Shown here one piece after another: positions 12,101 through 25,523 of a stretch of 64,000 bases of DNA. Origin of the DNA: Octopus vulgaris. Taxonomy: Eukaryota. The first letter of the stretch is position 1, and every line of letters starts with the position of its first letter. The stretch lies in the NCBI GenBank assembly GCA_951406725.2, contig OX597814.1, forward strand, positions 93,992,001 through 94,056,000, read 5' to 3'. A program made the position numbers and the translations under genes. The notes under the pieces were generated by a model that did no database searches, was not told where the DNA came from, and saw nothing but the letters and a program-made list of their open reading frames with translations.

Positions 12101-12791
12101 CTTGTCTCATCCATTTCTTCTCTCCTTTTTCACTTGCGCTAACATTTTTCCTATGTTCTTTACATTACCAACCCACGCACCTCCATGGAATAACATACAT
12201 GCACCGTTTTCCCTGCTGCTTCACTCTCCTTACCGCTCACTCTTCTCCTCAAAAAGGCCTTTTTGTCCCGTCCACCACTTTCATTCTTCTTTGCCCCACG
12301 CACGTATCGTATGGCTTTTCCCCTTTTCATCACAGATATTTCATCTACTTCGGGCGTTTTGCCAGTTTCTGGAAGACTAGTCGTCATGTGCAAAATACTT
12401 TATCAAATTCTTCAGATTGTTTTGTATTTTCACCAATATCTTTGCCAGATTTCTAGCAAGTCAACTGATTTTCAAATTCTTGCTACATCTTACACTCGTT
12501 GTTTTAAAACACTTTTGCACACATATCAACAACAGCATCCATACTTCTCTTGCCATCACATTTGCTTTATCAATACTTATATTTCCTTGCACAGGCTCAC
12601 TCTCCCTCAGATATAGGCTTTCATTCTACCAGCACCACTACATTTCATAACTCACATATTTCTAAACACACAGCTACTGTTTGTCAAGCGGTGAAGGGTG
12701 ACATAGACATAGACACACACATGTATATATATGTGTGTGTATGTATAGACACACACATGTATATATACATGTGTGTGTGTGTGGATGTGTG

Positions 12792-12827
<36 letters not shown>

Positions 12828-12831
12828 CATA

Positions 12832-12963
<132 letters not shown>

Positions 12964-13109
12964 GTGGGCACAGAACGTCATGAAACGCGTGCAACAAAAA
13001 AAATGCGAAGTACGAGTACATGGAATATAAACTATTCTTTCGAACAACGAAAGCATTTACCAACAGTATACGCTTTCGATGAGACAGTTGCTCCAATGTA
13101 CGTATAATC

Positions 13110-13258
13110 AGCAGGATTCTTTCAGTTTCCATTTACCAAATTCACTCACAAGGCTTTGGTCGACCTAAGAATATTGTAGAAAACATCTGCCCAAGATACC
13201 ACGCAGTGGGACTGAATACTGAACCATATAGTTGAGAAGCAGGCTTCTTACCACACAC
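13110..13258 (-). mobile_element. SINE family C, 5' half
   Basis: Reverse complement of 19640-19790. Confidence 0.75.
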
Positions 13259-13884
13259 CCAATTTTATATATAAGTATGTGCTGTGTATGTGCACGTATA
13301 TGTATATATATATACATCTATATCCATCGATATACACACGCACATACACGCTCATCTGATAAATAAGCTCAAATCGTAGCCGTAATTTCTGTAACTTGCA
13401 TTGAAATAGGTTTTGACGACAAAATGTTGGAATTAATTTTTTTTTTCAAAGTTTCAAGCGCTTTTAATTACATATTAAGAAATTTCCTCTCCTTACAATG
13501 TTTCTACTGTGCATCTAATTCACTTGAAACGCCATATTTAGTTTAAAAAAATAGAATATCTTTTCCCTCATAGTAAGAAAGGAAGTTGACGAGAAAATAT
13601 TGTCTTCTTCACATAACTGGTGACATCACAGGTTACGTTTGATAGCAATTTGGTTTTTTTACTATAGGTCTAAATGTTATTTCTGACCCGTTTTCTTTTT
13701 ATGAAATTTATTTTTGTTCATTCATTTCAACTTGTATACAGAAAAATAATTTCAAGACTGTATATACCTTATATTTGCTTCCAAGCCAAGCAAATTTTGA
13801 AGTAATAAAAGAGTTCAAACAATGGAAATATTGCGGAGAAGTGAGATTTTTAGCACACACCACATAGACTTAAACAGAAGAAAC

Positions 13885-13916
<32 letters not shown>

Positions 13917-14166
13917 TGAGGAAAAGAAAGAGAGTAACAGTGAGAGAACCAAAGTAACGGTTTTTCTGAGTAAGCAGTTGTATTTTGTTGATTCAAGCAG
14001 GAAGGAAAATAGAAGGAATCATAATATACTGATAAATAGCTGTAGAAGGGTAGAAAATCTTTACGGAACTCAAAAGTGGCTCTGAATATTGTGATGAAAG
14101 AAATTGGGCGATAATGATATTTGCCTGAAAATCATTCAATATTTTGTAAATTATATTGTAATATGT

Positions 14167-14468
14167 GGAGGGGCAATGGCCCAGTGGTTAGGGCAGCGGA
14201 CTCACAGTTGTAGGATCGCGGTTTCGATTCTCAGACCGGGCGTTGTGAGTGTTTATTGAACGAAAACACCTAAAGCTCCACGAGACTCTGGCAGGGGGTG
14301 GTGGCGATCCCTGCTATACTCTTTTGCCACAACTTTCTCTCACTCTTTCTTCTCTTGGCCTGCTCGCTTAGCCAGCGGGGTGGCGTCATTTGAAGGCTAA
14401 AACAATGCGTAACGCATTGTGACCAGCGATGTGAAACTACTTCTGATAGCCTAGTAGGTCACGGTGAT
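14167..14468 (+). mobile_element. tRNA-derived SINE family B with RTE-derived tail
   Basis: A box tggcccagtggtta, B box ggtttcgattc; copies at 37412-37710 and 62908-63209; tail matches the RTE 3' end at 37779-37845. Confidence 0.88.
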
Positions 14469-15005
14469 ATTGTAAATATAGTATCTTATTTTTTAAATAA
14501 TTTTTGTAATTATCGTTAAAACACTTAATGGCCCAGTAAAATGTGAAAACACTTGGTTAAAAGCATGGTGTAGTATATTTTTCAAAAATACATGCAGGCT
14601 AGCAGTTAATTGTTGGACTACGTTTCATGAAGTAGGAAGTACTAAGATGGAAGTGTACAGGCAAATCTTATCGTTGTCGTTTATGTTTCATTGAACCAGA
14701 GCAAGGTTGGTACTGAGGTTGAATTTAATTATGTCATTATCATAGCATAAAAGGTAACATTGAATGATTATCAGTAATTTCATAATTGCAAATACCAAAC
14801 CTAGTCTGAAACCCAGATAAGTACACAGTTCGGTTATCCAATGCACTCCCAGCACTGGAAACTAGTTTGTCGAAGCTAGACTGGATAGCATCTGAGGATA
14901 CTGGTTTCTATCTTCATAATTCTAATGTACAAACATTGTTTAGTTCCCCATTGCAAAATAGTGTACATGTATTGAAATTTTCTTGTGTACAAAATTCAAT
15001 GAATC

Positions 15006-15896
15006 GGATCTTTCCTGTTTGGTTGGCAGCGGCTGCCAGCGTAAATTTTCTATTCGAATTGATTTCATATTTAGTGTAACGATATACTATTGTTGTCTAA
15101 TTAAAGACGTGAAAGAAATTTTCGCTATAAATCAATAAATAAAGACTTATTAGTAATTAAAGTTTTAACATTTTTTGAACATTTTGATAATTTTAGCCAA
15201 TCGTAAGCCACAGACACATTCATATCTGTTTCGATATTAACAAGAACTCTTTTGCTTTTTGCCATGGTAACAGTCTTTGAATAGTTAGCAAGGAGGCACG
15301 TATTGACAACAGTCAACCAGGAAAGGGTCCTTCCTGAGCAGTGGGTTTTCGGAGGAGTGTGTCGCGTGGCTAGACAGGTTTTCTGTATGCATATTTAAAT
15401 TGTAATTAAACTTATTTAAATTGTTTAATGTTTGTTTCTTTTTGTCATTAAGCATTGAGGTGGTTGTGAGGTGTGCAAATATAACAGCTAAATAAGATTG
15501 TTTGGATGAATCTTTTAAATTAAAGTTTATTTGCCAACAACTCGCTCAGAGATTTAAAACTGTTTTTCTGTTTCAAATTAAGATGAACATTTATTTACAT
15601 GAAAGAAAATAACTGGAGACAGAACACGTGTTTTTACAAATATTAACAACGCTTGCTATTTTCAGGATGTTGACAAAACGTGCAGTCACACACAAAAGGA
15701 TAGCTTTCAAAACTGTTTCGTGAGTGGGTGAAAATGGTCAAACTTTAAACCTCTATAACTTTTTAAAAACATTTTTCTGGCAAAATTGAAATAACTCCAG
15801 AAATTGAGTTTGGGCAAGTATATTATTATGCCAAACTTAAACATTTTCAGTAAACTTTAATTTTTGGAGCCGTTGGCAGCCAAACAGAAATGATCC
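15006..15896 (+). mobile_element. Non-autonomous Merlin (IS1016/IS1595-like) DNA transposon
   Basis: Imperfect TIRs ggatc-tttcctgtttggttggcagcggc / gccgttggcagccaaacagaaatgatcc; 8-bp TSD aatgaatc / aatgaaac; internal transposase remnant NQERVLPEQWVFGGVCR at about 15322-15372. Confidence 0.85.
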
Positions 15897-16692
15897 AATG
15901 AAACCACTAACAATATAGAGATTATTTCCGAATGCATGAAGTGACTCTTCAACATCTTCATCACGTGATGTGCTTCAACTTTGGGGTTAGATTACCAACA
16001 TCTCACTGAGTGTTACATTTACTATTCTTCATGGATGAGATAACATGACCTTTTATAAATGCATCAAACGCATGCTTTCTCACATTTCTCAAGTGGACCC
16101 ATCGTTAAAGTTTCACCGTGAAAGAAACCTTTTCACTTTTCGCTTCTCCGCAGGCTTGCTAATTAGGTGAGACAACACACAGCCAAATTCAAACGATATA
16201 TAATTTTTGAATTAATCCATGTTCTAAATATGTGTTCTTCCATCTATAGTGGGGTGAGTAAGTTTCAGATAAGCAGACTTACAGAAAGAAAGAACTGGGC
16301 ATAATATTTAGAAAGGGTTTGATAAAGTGAGATGCAACTGGGAAGATAAAAGAAGTCGTACAATACGATAAAAAAAATTGGAATGTAAAACATATGGTGC
16401 AGCTTCTTGTGGGAGAAAACTTAGAACAAGGTGAATAAAGGAGAAACAAAACATAGAAATCAAGGCTGTGCAGGTTTCAGTTGAAATGACATATAATGAA
16501 AACGAGAAACAATATTATAAGACCATTATCTTCTGTGAACCCAGCAAGCATGCAAATGTATTTTAGCTTGACAAAGACCCGCCACCTACTAAATACTGAA
16601 ATATCTATAATTCTTAAAAATGAAGTGAAGATTTTCTTATGTCATTTCATATATATATATATGAATACGAATATACTATGAGTAGACATTAA

Positions 16693-16785
16693 GCGTGTAT
16701 TTGGGTGTGTGGTTAAAAAGCTTGCTTTGCGAACGCGTCATTTCGGGTTCAGTTGCACTGTGCAGCAAGTGTCTTCTACTTTACA
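16693..16785 (+). mobile_element. SINE family C head, diverged
   Basis: gtgtggttaaaaagcttgct...gggttcagtt.cactg...gcaagtgtcttctact matches 19640-19725. Confidence 0.6.
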
Positions 16786-16899
16786 TAGTGAAGAAATTAC
16801 GCAAATGTCGGAGTTCATATATATATATATATGTGTGTGGGTGTGGGTGTGGGTGTGTGGGTATATATATATGTATATATATATATATATATACATATT

Positions 16900-18864
16900 C
16901 GAGTACTATTTTTTACACATTGTTTCCACATTGTTTCCACTTAAGTCCCAAATCTGTCACAAACTTTCGGCGTCTGATAACAGTTTGAGAGTTTACCATG
17001 AATATATTGTATGCATTTATTCCTGCAACATTGAGCATGGCGTAGAAAACAGTGACTGGCCCACATCGAGTATTTCTGGAAACATTGTAAATGGAACACA
17101 ATTGATCCACGTTGTCTACCCCACCGTTAGTACTGTTGTAGAAAGTAATAATCTCTAGTTTTCTTTTTTTCTTCTTTTGAACTTTCATCAATTGCAGCAT
17201 CATGATGCATTGTGCTCAGTAGGACAACATTGTTACCTTTCTTGAGAACATAAGAGGTTAGTGTAACATTCTCCGGGAAACTAAACAAGCTTATGTATTC
17301 GGTTCTGCCTCTTGTGACAACAAACTGAAGGGGGAGTTCTATCCTGTTCTTTTCTAGAGTGCCAACTAATGTTAATCTGTGATTATTCAAGAGATCAACT
17401 CCAAGTCCGTAGCTTGTAAACCAATTATCCATTGTAATATTTCGTCCAGATAGATTTATATGAGACACCAACCGCTTTACCACTGCTGCTACTTAATTAT
17501 CTTCTATAGAAGGGCCATCTGTTTTTCTTCCCCAAGTAGACTTCCATATTTGACACATAGAAAGTTTTAGCATCTACCAATTTTTGCTGGTTTGCTTGGC
17601 ATGTAGACCCTGCATGGACAGTTCCCACAAAAAGCAACCAATATTTCATCTACTGTCGCATACTCTGGGGCCTCAATTGGAGACACAATTATCAACAAAT
17701 TTCTAACAGGTGTAAACGTAACTTCTAACCTCCTTTTAGCCTGGGTATGGATGTTATCAAACCTCTTAGATCTCAGCAAGAAACGAGCACGTTGCAAAGA
17801 CATAGTTACCGGAAAAATTTCAATTCTTGTATCATCGGTTGCCCAATCATCTTCCTTTTTCATTCGGTTAAATCTAACAACTCCTAACAGATAAAGCAGT
17901 CCTACTGCAGCTTTCTCTCTTTCGTTAGAATGTCTCTCTTTTTACTTATTTTTATAATTTCCTTTTTACTGTCAAATATAGATATTAGTGCAAGCTACTA
18001 ATTCATTCATAAGTTTTTATGTGAGAAACAAGGACCAGCAGTCCTTTGCAGCATACACATATTTTGCTGCTCCTCTTTTCCTGGTGAATCCTGGTATATG
18101 TTCTGTGCACGTGTATGCCGTGGAAGACATCTGGGAACTTCTTTCCAGAGAGTTTTATTATTTTTGCCTATAAACGGTTTTTCTCTTTTCCTGGTACCCT
18201 GCTGTTCATCTTCATCTGTTTATTCTAAAGGATCGTCTGACGAAGTCCACAACATGCCATCTGCTTCTGTTCTCCCTCTTCTTCCGTTTTCTCTGTTGTT
18301 TCTTCTTCAGGTATACTCTATTCTTCCTGTCCAGTTTCTCTTCATCTGGGTCTTTATCAAGAAATGATCCTGATTCTTCTAAGTCTAATTCTCTCTCAAC
18401 TATGTCTTTCAATTTTTCAATTTGTTTTTCGTAGTCCATTGTGAATTTGAAAGGAAAGAAGATTTCTCACTTTTATGGCATTCCGAACCATTTGATAACA
18501 ATAAAAATGTTGATCAGTTGACAATAATATATAATTTTATACGAGAAATATTCAATAATCAGATTTTCTGATATAAAAATGAATAAGTAAATAAACAATA
18601 ATAAACAAAAGGAAACAAAGTGTATCTGTCAATAAATAATACAGCGAATGGTATTTTGGGGTATGCAAAACCTCAGATACAAATAACACGCGTGTACACT
18701 TATCATTCAGCAAGTAACTGAGTGGAGTTGTGTTTTAACTCAGTGAAGTGTGCCAAGAAACTACATCGATTGATAGCACTATCACTGTTGCCAGATGTAA
18801 GATATATGTATACAAACATCGCCTGAGGTATGAGACAGTCCACCGCAACACCGCGTCAACAAGG
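16900..18864 (-). mobile_element. piggyBac (PGBD-like) transposon, degraded, lacking its 3' end
   Basis: ORFs carry TMSLQRARFLLR..RFDN, TVDEILVAFCGNCPCRVYMPSKPAK, GRNITMDNWFTS, LVGTL, VVLLSTMH and YNSTNGGVDNVDQL (DDD triad). The 5' boundary is tentative. Confidence 0.9.
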
Positions 18865-19229
18865 AATGAATTAGATCTAGCTCAGAAAAACATGTTGGGT
18901 GTTGCCATGTCTATAGGTCAAGGGAAGATCTACAGAACCATATGAGGTTCACAGTGAAAGACATTAACAAGAGACATTGATGTTTAGTTTGCCATGTTTT
19001 TTTATGACTTACTACACACAGATATTTGTCAAATGGCAGCGAAGCGTGTCTGCATACTTAATCACATAATGGAATCTCGAAGATCATTAAAAAGAAATGT
19101 AGTCGTGTCGGTATACAGGTACAAAAGCTGCAAAACCATTAGCTTGCAGGTGGATACGCATGTGATTGAGAACATGAGTCATAATTACATTTTAGCATAT
19201 GTAAAAGCAAACCAAAAGAAGTAATAAAT

Positions 19230-19620
19230 GTCAAACAGCACTAAAACATTCCCACAACTACATAACACCGAAAAAAATACGAGGAAGATTTAAGGACATT
19301 TTAAATATAATAGCCAAGGGGAAAATCAGAAGAATATAGACGAACGAAATAACATCCCAAAACTTAACGATTAAAACAGCAATAACGTTGTTTTTTAAAT
19401 GTAAACTGTGCTATCGTTGACTTCTTGAAAATTAGGCTCCAAGACAATATTACCGGCATAAACCAAATAAAATACCGTAGCCCCTGGATACTTCCTCAAA
19501 AATACTCATATAGAAAAACATCTAAGCCAAAGCAGAAACAAAATACTGGTAAACGATGATACGAAGTTGAGGTAAAACTAAAAGAAAAACTCTCAATCTT
19601 TTGTGACTTCAACAACAGAA
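19230..19620 (+). mobile_element. Possible decayed PLE RT fragment
   Basis: VNCAIVDFLKIRL...YRHKPN resembles NLKTVDFLDVTL...KKPN at 41640-41720. Confidence 0.3.
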
Positions 19621-19627
19621 AAACACA

Positions 19628-20040
19628 GGTGCAGGAGTGGCTGTGTGGTAAGTAGCTTGCCTACCAACCACATGGTTCCGGGTTCAGTCCCACTGCGTGG
19701 CACCTTGGGCAAGTGTCTTCTACTATAGCCTCAGGCCGACCAAAGTCTTGTGAGTGGATTTGGTAGACGGAAACTTAAAGAAGCCCGTCGTGTATATGTA
19801 TATATATATATATGTTTGCATGTATGTTTGTGTGTCTGTGTCTGTCACTCTAGCATTGCTTGACAACCGATGATGGTATGTTTATGTCCCCGTCACTTAG
19901 CGGTTCGGCAAAAAGAGACCGATAGAATAAGTACTGGGCTTACAAAGAATAAGTCCCGGGGTCGAGTTGCTCAACTAAAGGCGGTGCTCCAGCATGGCCG
20001 CAGTCAAATGACTGAAACAAGTAAAAGAGTAAAAGAGTAA
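19628..20040 (+). mobile_element. Full-length SINE family C (tRNA head, CORE-like box, internal TA/TG microsatellite, GTAAAAGA tail)
   Basis: tggctgtgtggtaag ... gggttcagtccc ... caccttgggcaagtgtctt; tail (gtaaaaga)n; many partial copies in the window. Confidence 0.88.
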
Positions 20041-20594
20041 AGATGAAATGCAAAGAGATGTAATGACTTCAGAATTGCAATGTAATTCTTTAAGAAAAAA
20101 AGAACACGAAAATAAAGGGCAAGAGATTCCCATTAAATCGCTACGATCGGCCAGTATCAACCAGGATTACGATACTGAGACACTTCGAACAAAACAAATC
20201 ACTCAAATCCAAAATAATTTTATGGAGAATTAGAAATCCTTCCAACGGTAACGGCAAGAGAAGTAGGAGAATTTAGTACCGTGACTGCTTTCTACCTCCA
20301 CAAATGAGAATATTCATGACAAATGCAATTATTGAAAACTCGGGAAAGCAATAACACAAAACGTATCTCAGATGATATTAAGAGGAAAAGAAATGTCTCT
20401 TAATATCCATCTTAATTCCAAATCATAAAAATATAGTTGCAAATGAAATAGAGAAATAATTCACCAGTGGAAATAGAGATTGCACTTATCTACTTTCCGA
20501 TTGACGACTGTATTATTTGTCGATGCAACTACTTTTAGAAACACATTTGAGTCAGAGTTAATGTATGCTTATTTTAATATATATGTTTTAAATT

Positions 20595-20740
20595 AAAACA
20601 TTGCAGCGTGGAAGGTGTTTATAAGCCATTTATAACACACACAAAAACCGTAAGATTCATTTCAACATTTAAGTTTATTTATCAAAATATTTTCGTCGCT
20701 TTGAAACCGCGACCGATAAACTGACAAAATTCTGTGTTGC
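20595..20740 (-). repeat. Short repeat with G3-C8 hammerhead-like motif; homologous to 62563-62705
   Basis: Two copies align over about 140 bp (attgcagcgt...acacacaaaaa...caaaatat..cgtcgctttgaaaccg.gacc...ctgacaaaa). Confidence 0.6.
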
Positions 20741-20976
20741 ATCTCAGATTCTCTTAAATGTCATAAATTGTTTTATTTTAATTCAGATTTTCTTCAACAC
20801 ATAATAGTTTAACCCTTCAAACTTAGTTTTGGGGGCCTTTCGTGAATTTTCGCATTATAATACAATATTTACGCAGTTAAAAAAAATACTTTTTAGATTA
20901 GTTCTGAAAACGGTTAAACAGTTTTGTCGCAGTTTTCAGGTGTTAATCTACGTATGAAACACCTTGAATTTTGGGG

Positions 20977-21069
20977 AGTAAGGGCATACTATTGGTACAT
21001 CAAGACTTACCGGCTCTATATATTCACGAGAGTCGGTAAGTCTTGATGTACCAATATTATGCCCTTACT
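20977..21069. repeat. 93-bp near-perfect hairpin
   Basis: agtaagggcatactattggtacatcaagacttaccggctct - 11-nt loop - agagtcggtaagtcttgatgtaccaatattatgcccttact. Confidence 0.9.
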
Positions 21070-21826
21070 GATATATATATATATATATATATATATGTCC
21101 ACCCCTGAGTATAACTACATATACAACTTTTGGTGCATAAACATATGCATGTCTACGACGGCTCGCCTTTCAATTAATTAGAAAAATATCCATCAAATAG
21201 CATGTAAGAAAAAGCAGGTAATTCTCATTCACTTGACTTTTTTTCTATCTTGACGCCAGCAGAACAATATTTTATCCCTGAATGCGTATTTCCTAAAAAA
21301 CGAATGTTGAGATTGAGAATGTGAGGTTTTGAACGTCTCCAATCCAGTCCGGTGGATAAAGCCTGGCCTTATTCTTAATGGCATCAAGTTTTGGGAAAGA
21401 GCAGTGATTAGGGGGGGGGGGGGGGGCAAAGTCGATTATATTCACCCCGGCGCTTAATGGTACTCATTTTATCGACCCGAAACAGATGAAAGGCAAAGTC
21501 GAGGTCGGATGTAGATTTAATACTGAGAACAATATATTGGCTTGAAAACAAGTATAATGTTGTAATGTAACTATAGGTACGTTTTTTAAGATAGGGTCAT
21601 ACGGTCGAAGAATAAAGGTCAAGTATATTACGGGCTGATCGATTAGAGCTGAAGTTGATGAAGACAACAGTAACAATCTATGAAATACGCAGTTTTATGT
21701 TTTAAAACGGAATCTATCGAATAGATTGCAAGGAAAAATATTATTATAAATTTGCGTCGCCGAGAACATAATTAAATTCTATAATTATTTGTGCTTTGCT
21801 TACACAGACACAGACATACAAACATA

Positions 21827-21887
<61 letters not shown>

Positions 21888-21888
<1 letters not shown>

Positions 21889-22044
21889 CGACGGGCTTCT
21901 TTCAGTTTCCATCTACCAAAACCACTCACAATGCTTTGGTCGGCCCCAGTCTATAGTAGAAGACACTTGTCCATTATGCCACGCAGTGGGACTGAACCTG
22001 GAACCATGCGGTTGATAAGCAAGCTACTTACCACACAGCCACTC
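21888..22044 (-). mobile_element. SINE family C, 5' half
   Basis: Reverse complement of 19635-19790. Confidence 0.8.
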
Positions 22045-22069
22045 TTAAATGTGCTTGTATGCGTGTATG

Positions 22070-22186
<117 letters not shown>

Positions 22187-22787
22187 CATAAGCATTACAG
22201 CAGTAATAATATTATAGCCTAAGCTGAAATAGTATGTATTATGACAATGGATATTCTTTATCGATATTGTTACTCCGTGCTACAGGATTCAAAAGAACGA
22301 TGAGATACACAATTGACTATGACTAGGAGGCCCACATTACTAAAGACGATGATGAAGACGACGACGTTGATGATGATGATGACTTGGAGGAGGAAGGGGA
22401 AGGGGAGGTTAACGAAGACTATTACTACTGCAACATTTCTAACAATTTCAAATGGTGATGGATACATGATCTAAAGATGCTCTTCACGCAAAGATCAGAC
22501 TACATCCGAGTTGTTTGCGTTTGAGAATGTGATTGTGTGTGCTAGTGTGTACTAGTGTGTACATATGCACGTATTTGTATCTGTGTGTGTGTGTGTGTGT
22601 GTGTGTGTTTATATGAGAGAGTAAAAGAGAGGGGTAGAGAAAGAGAAAGAGAAAGAGACATACTTCATTATAAAATGTCTTTATATGCGATCGGCAAGCT
22701 ATCGCTAGAAACGCAGCAGGAGAGCATGGGATTCTTAACTGAGAGATCCGTAGATCAAAACTAAGCTCTGCGTGATGTTTTTTTTAC

Positions 22788-23030
22788 CCCAAGCATAGCT
22801 CAGTCTGTAGAGTATCAAATTTTCGATTTGAAGATCGATGATTCTAGTTCCCCTGTGAGCTTACAAACTTTTTACATCATCACATACTTTCGGCTACATG
22901 AAGGGGTGAAGGAATACCTACTAACCGCGGTCCAGATTACCATGAGTACCAACAACAAGCATGACAGAGAGCGAACAATGAAGCATCATCCAGATCATGT
23001 GATCGTACGCCCTACGAAGAAAAGAAATTG
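22788..23030 (+). mobile_element. tRNA-Lys-derived SINE, old copy
   Basis: atagctcagtctgtagagtatcaaattttcgatttgaag aligns with tRNA-Lys(UUU) ATAGCTCAGTCGGTAGAGCATCAGACTTTTAATCTGAGG. The T-arm and acceptor are degenerate, so this is not a functional tRNA. Confidence 0.6.
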
Positions 23031-24517
23031 ATAGTTGGATCTAGGATCAATCAATGCACAAAGGGAAAATATAAAATGGCGATATCTCTAATACATTTAT
23101 GAAGGGTGACTTGATGTCAAAACTTCAGCAACAACATCAATCAGTAGAAAACAGACAAAGTGTAAAGCTCATTATATTCGCTCAACTTGCTTTAAATAGA
23201 AGACAAATGTCGCTAATCAAATAATACCGATTTAAATCTGTAATGGACAATGCAGTATTGGGCGCACAGTGACTGAAAAATACAGGATAGTCATAGTTGG
23301 AACGCCATTGATTATAGATCCATTGAATCAGTGTAGATCTGGGGATAAAAGGCAAAATACACAGTAGTAAAGAATGAAATATTTTTGTGACTATAAGTAA
23401 ATTTGATTTGGATAAATTTGAGGAAAGAGAAAAATCAATGACTTTATATCATTATATAAACATGGTTGGTAGTCACAAGCGTACGTGTATTTGTGAGTTT
23501 GAGTGCTGGTGTTTGTGTTTATGCGTAGAGTATTCCTGTGTGTATATGTGTGCACGTATTGAGAGTCTGTGTGTATGTGTGTATGTGTGTGCATGTGCAT
23601 GTGTGTGTATGTGTGCATGTGTGTGCATGTGTATGTGTGTGTATGTGTGTGTTTGTTCGTCTGTCTGTAGTATGAAATAAAAATTGCAATAGTGTACACA
23701 TCAACTAGAATTGTATATAAGAGAAAGCGGGAGTGAGGCACGAAGAGAGAGAAAGATACAGAGATGATATGAGAGTGATAGAAGTAAAATAAAAGAAAAA
23801 ACAAACAAAAGAAAAATACAGGATATAGCAGAAAAATTACACATACGCACTCACACGTATGCTTAACTGCATATATGTATTGATCTATGTATATATACCG
23901 ACACACACACGCACACACATACACACACAACGCATGTATACACAAGAGCACGTTTGCTGTATAAATACTCTTTGTTTATGGACTAACAAGGCAACCAATT
24001 GTTTCATATCGGCAACATCTCTACAATTTTACATGCGTCCCACTACAAAACTTGCACTAAATAGCAATGTCTACAAGCATTCTCAATTGGAGCATTTGAG
24101 GTATTGTGAAGAATTTTTGTCTAAATGAAGCCACTGGTTGCCTGGTTAGTACCAATGTCAACGATCTCTCCATGAAATGTAAGCAAACATCCCCGTGGCA
24201 AACGCACACTAACACAGACACATAAGTATGTATATACATAGTAGCTGTATATATAAGTATGTTTGTGTATATATAAGTCTACATAAACAAACACACACAC
24301 AGACAGGCACACACACAAGCATGGATAGGGATCTTGGGCGAGTGTCTTCCACTACAACCCTGAGGTGAATAAAGACATGTGAATAGACTTGGTTAACGGG
24401 AAAATGAAAGAAACCTATCATGTACATATATCAATGAATGTACATATCTATATACATATATGCCTGCGTGTATATACACATACATGCATACATATGTGTG
24501 TGTACGTATGTATGTAC

Positions 24518-24582
<65 letters not shown>

Positions 24583-24900
24583 TATATATATGTCCTTGTT
24601 TTTGTATACATTCGATGATTTTCTCCAAGGAATCTAATGCTTTTAGCTTAGTTTTTCATTGGGGCTGGCCAGATTGGAGCAATCTCAAGATTAATCATCC
24701 GAAATTGCGAGGATGATCCCGTTCTTGACTGAGGATAGAAAGCTTCGAATGAGCCGTCCTTGTTTTTTTGTATCGTCTATCTGGACGTTTTGTTGTCCCG
24801 TTTTGTATCACCTAGTTGTCTGGATGTTTTGCGTTCTTGTCCCATTTTGTATTTGATATATATACATATATATATATATAGCGGTGTACGTACACTTTGT

Positions 24901-24954
<54 letters not shown>

Positions 24955-25387
24955 CGATGACCTGTAGATAAAGAGTGTCTACAGCTCTTCTTTTCTGAGT
25001 ATATGTAAAGTCGATGATTTATAAATGACTACAATTGATCTTTTGCTATTGATGGGTGAGCTGCCTTGGACACGAAGATAAAGTGGCAAAATATCGGCGA
25101 TGACAATATATTTGTGTAGGAACAAAAACACAAATACAATCACACACATAGAGGCAGAAGTACGCGCTCACACCCCCACATGCACCGACATATATAATTA
25201 TACAGTTACAGGTATGTTGATGCAAACAGAAAAAATAGAAGTAAGAATATGTGTATATGTATATTTTCATTAATATTTATCAGAAGTAACAGAGTACTCA
25301 ATATAGCTATGTGTGTAGATGGGCTTCTAAGTGTTTAGTGGTTTTGTGCAATAAGCTTGACTGCAATGGGGATTTTGCATTTTAGTC

Positions 25388-25523
25388 GAAAGAAGAAGAA
25401 GAAGAAGAAGAAGAAGAAGAAGAAGAAGAAGAAGAAAGAAGAAGAAGAAGAAGAAGAAGAAGAAGAAGAAGAAGAAGAAGAAGAAGAAGAAGAAGAAGAA
25501 GAAGAAGAAGAAGAAGAAGAAGA
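25388..25523. repeat. (GAA)n microsatellite
   Basis: Seen directly; source of the poly-K/E/F/L ORFs. Confidence 0.95.

Noticed and set aside
22788-22862. tRNA-Lys gene
   Set aside because: The anticodon arm, T-arm and acceptor stem are broken and a SINE-like body follows.
24700-24770. CTGAGGA...CGAA as a hammerhead
   Set aside because: Stem II and stem III do not pair convincingly, and there is only one copy in the window.
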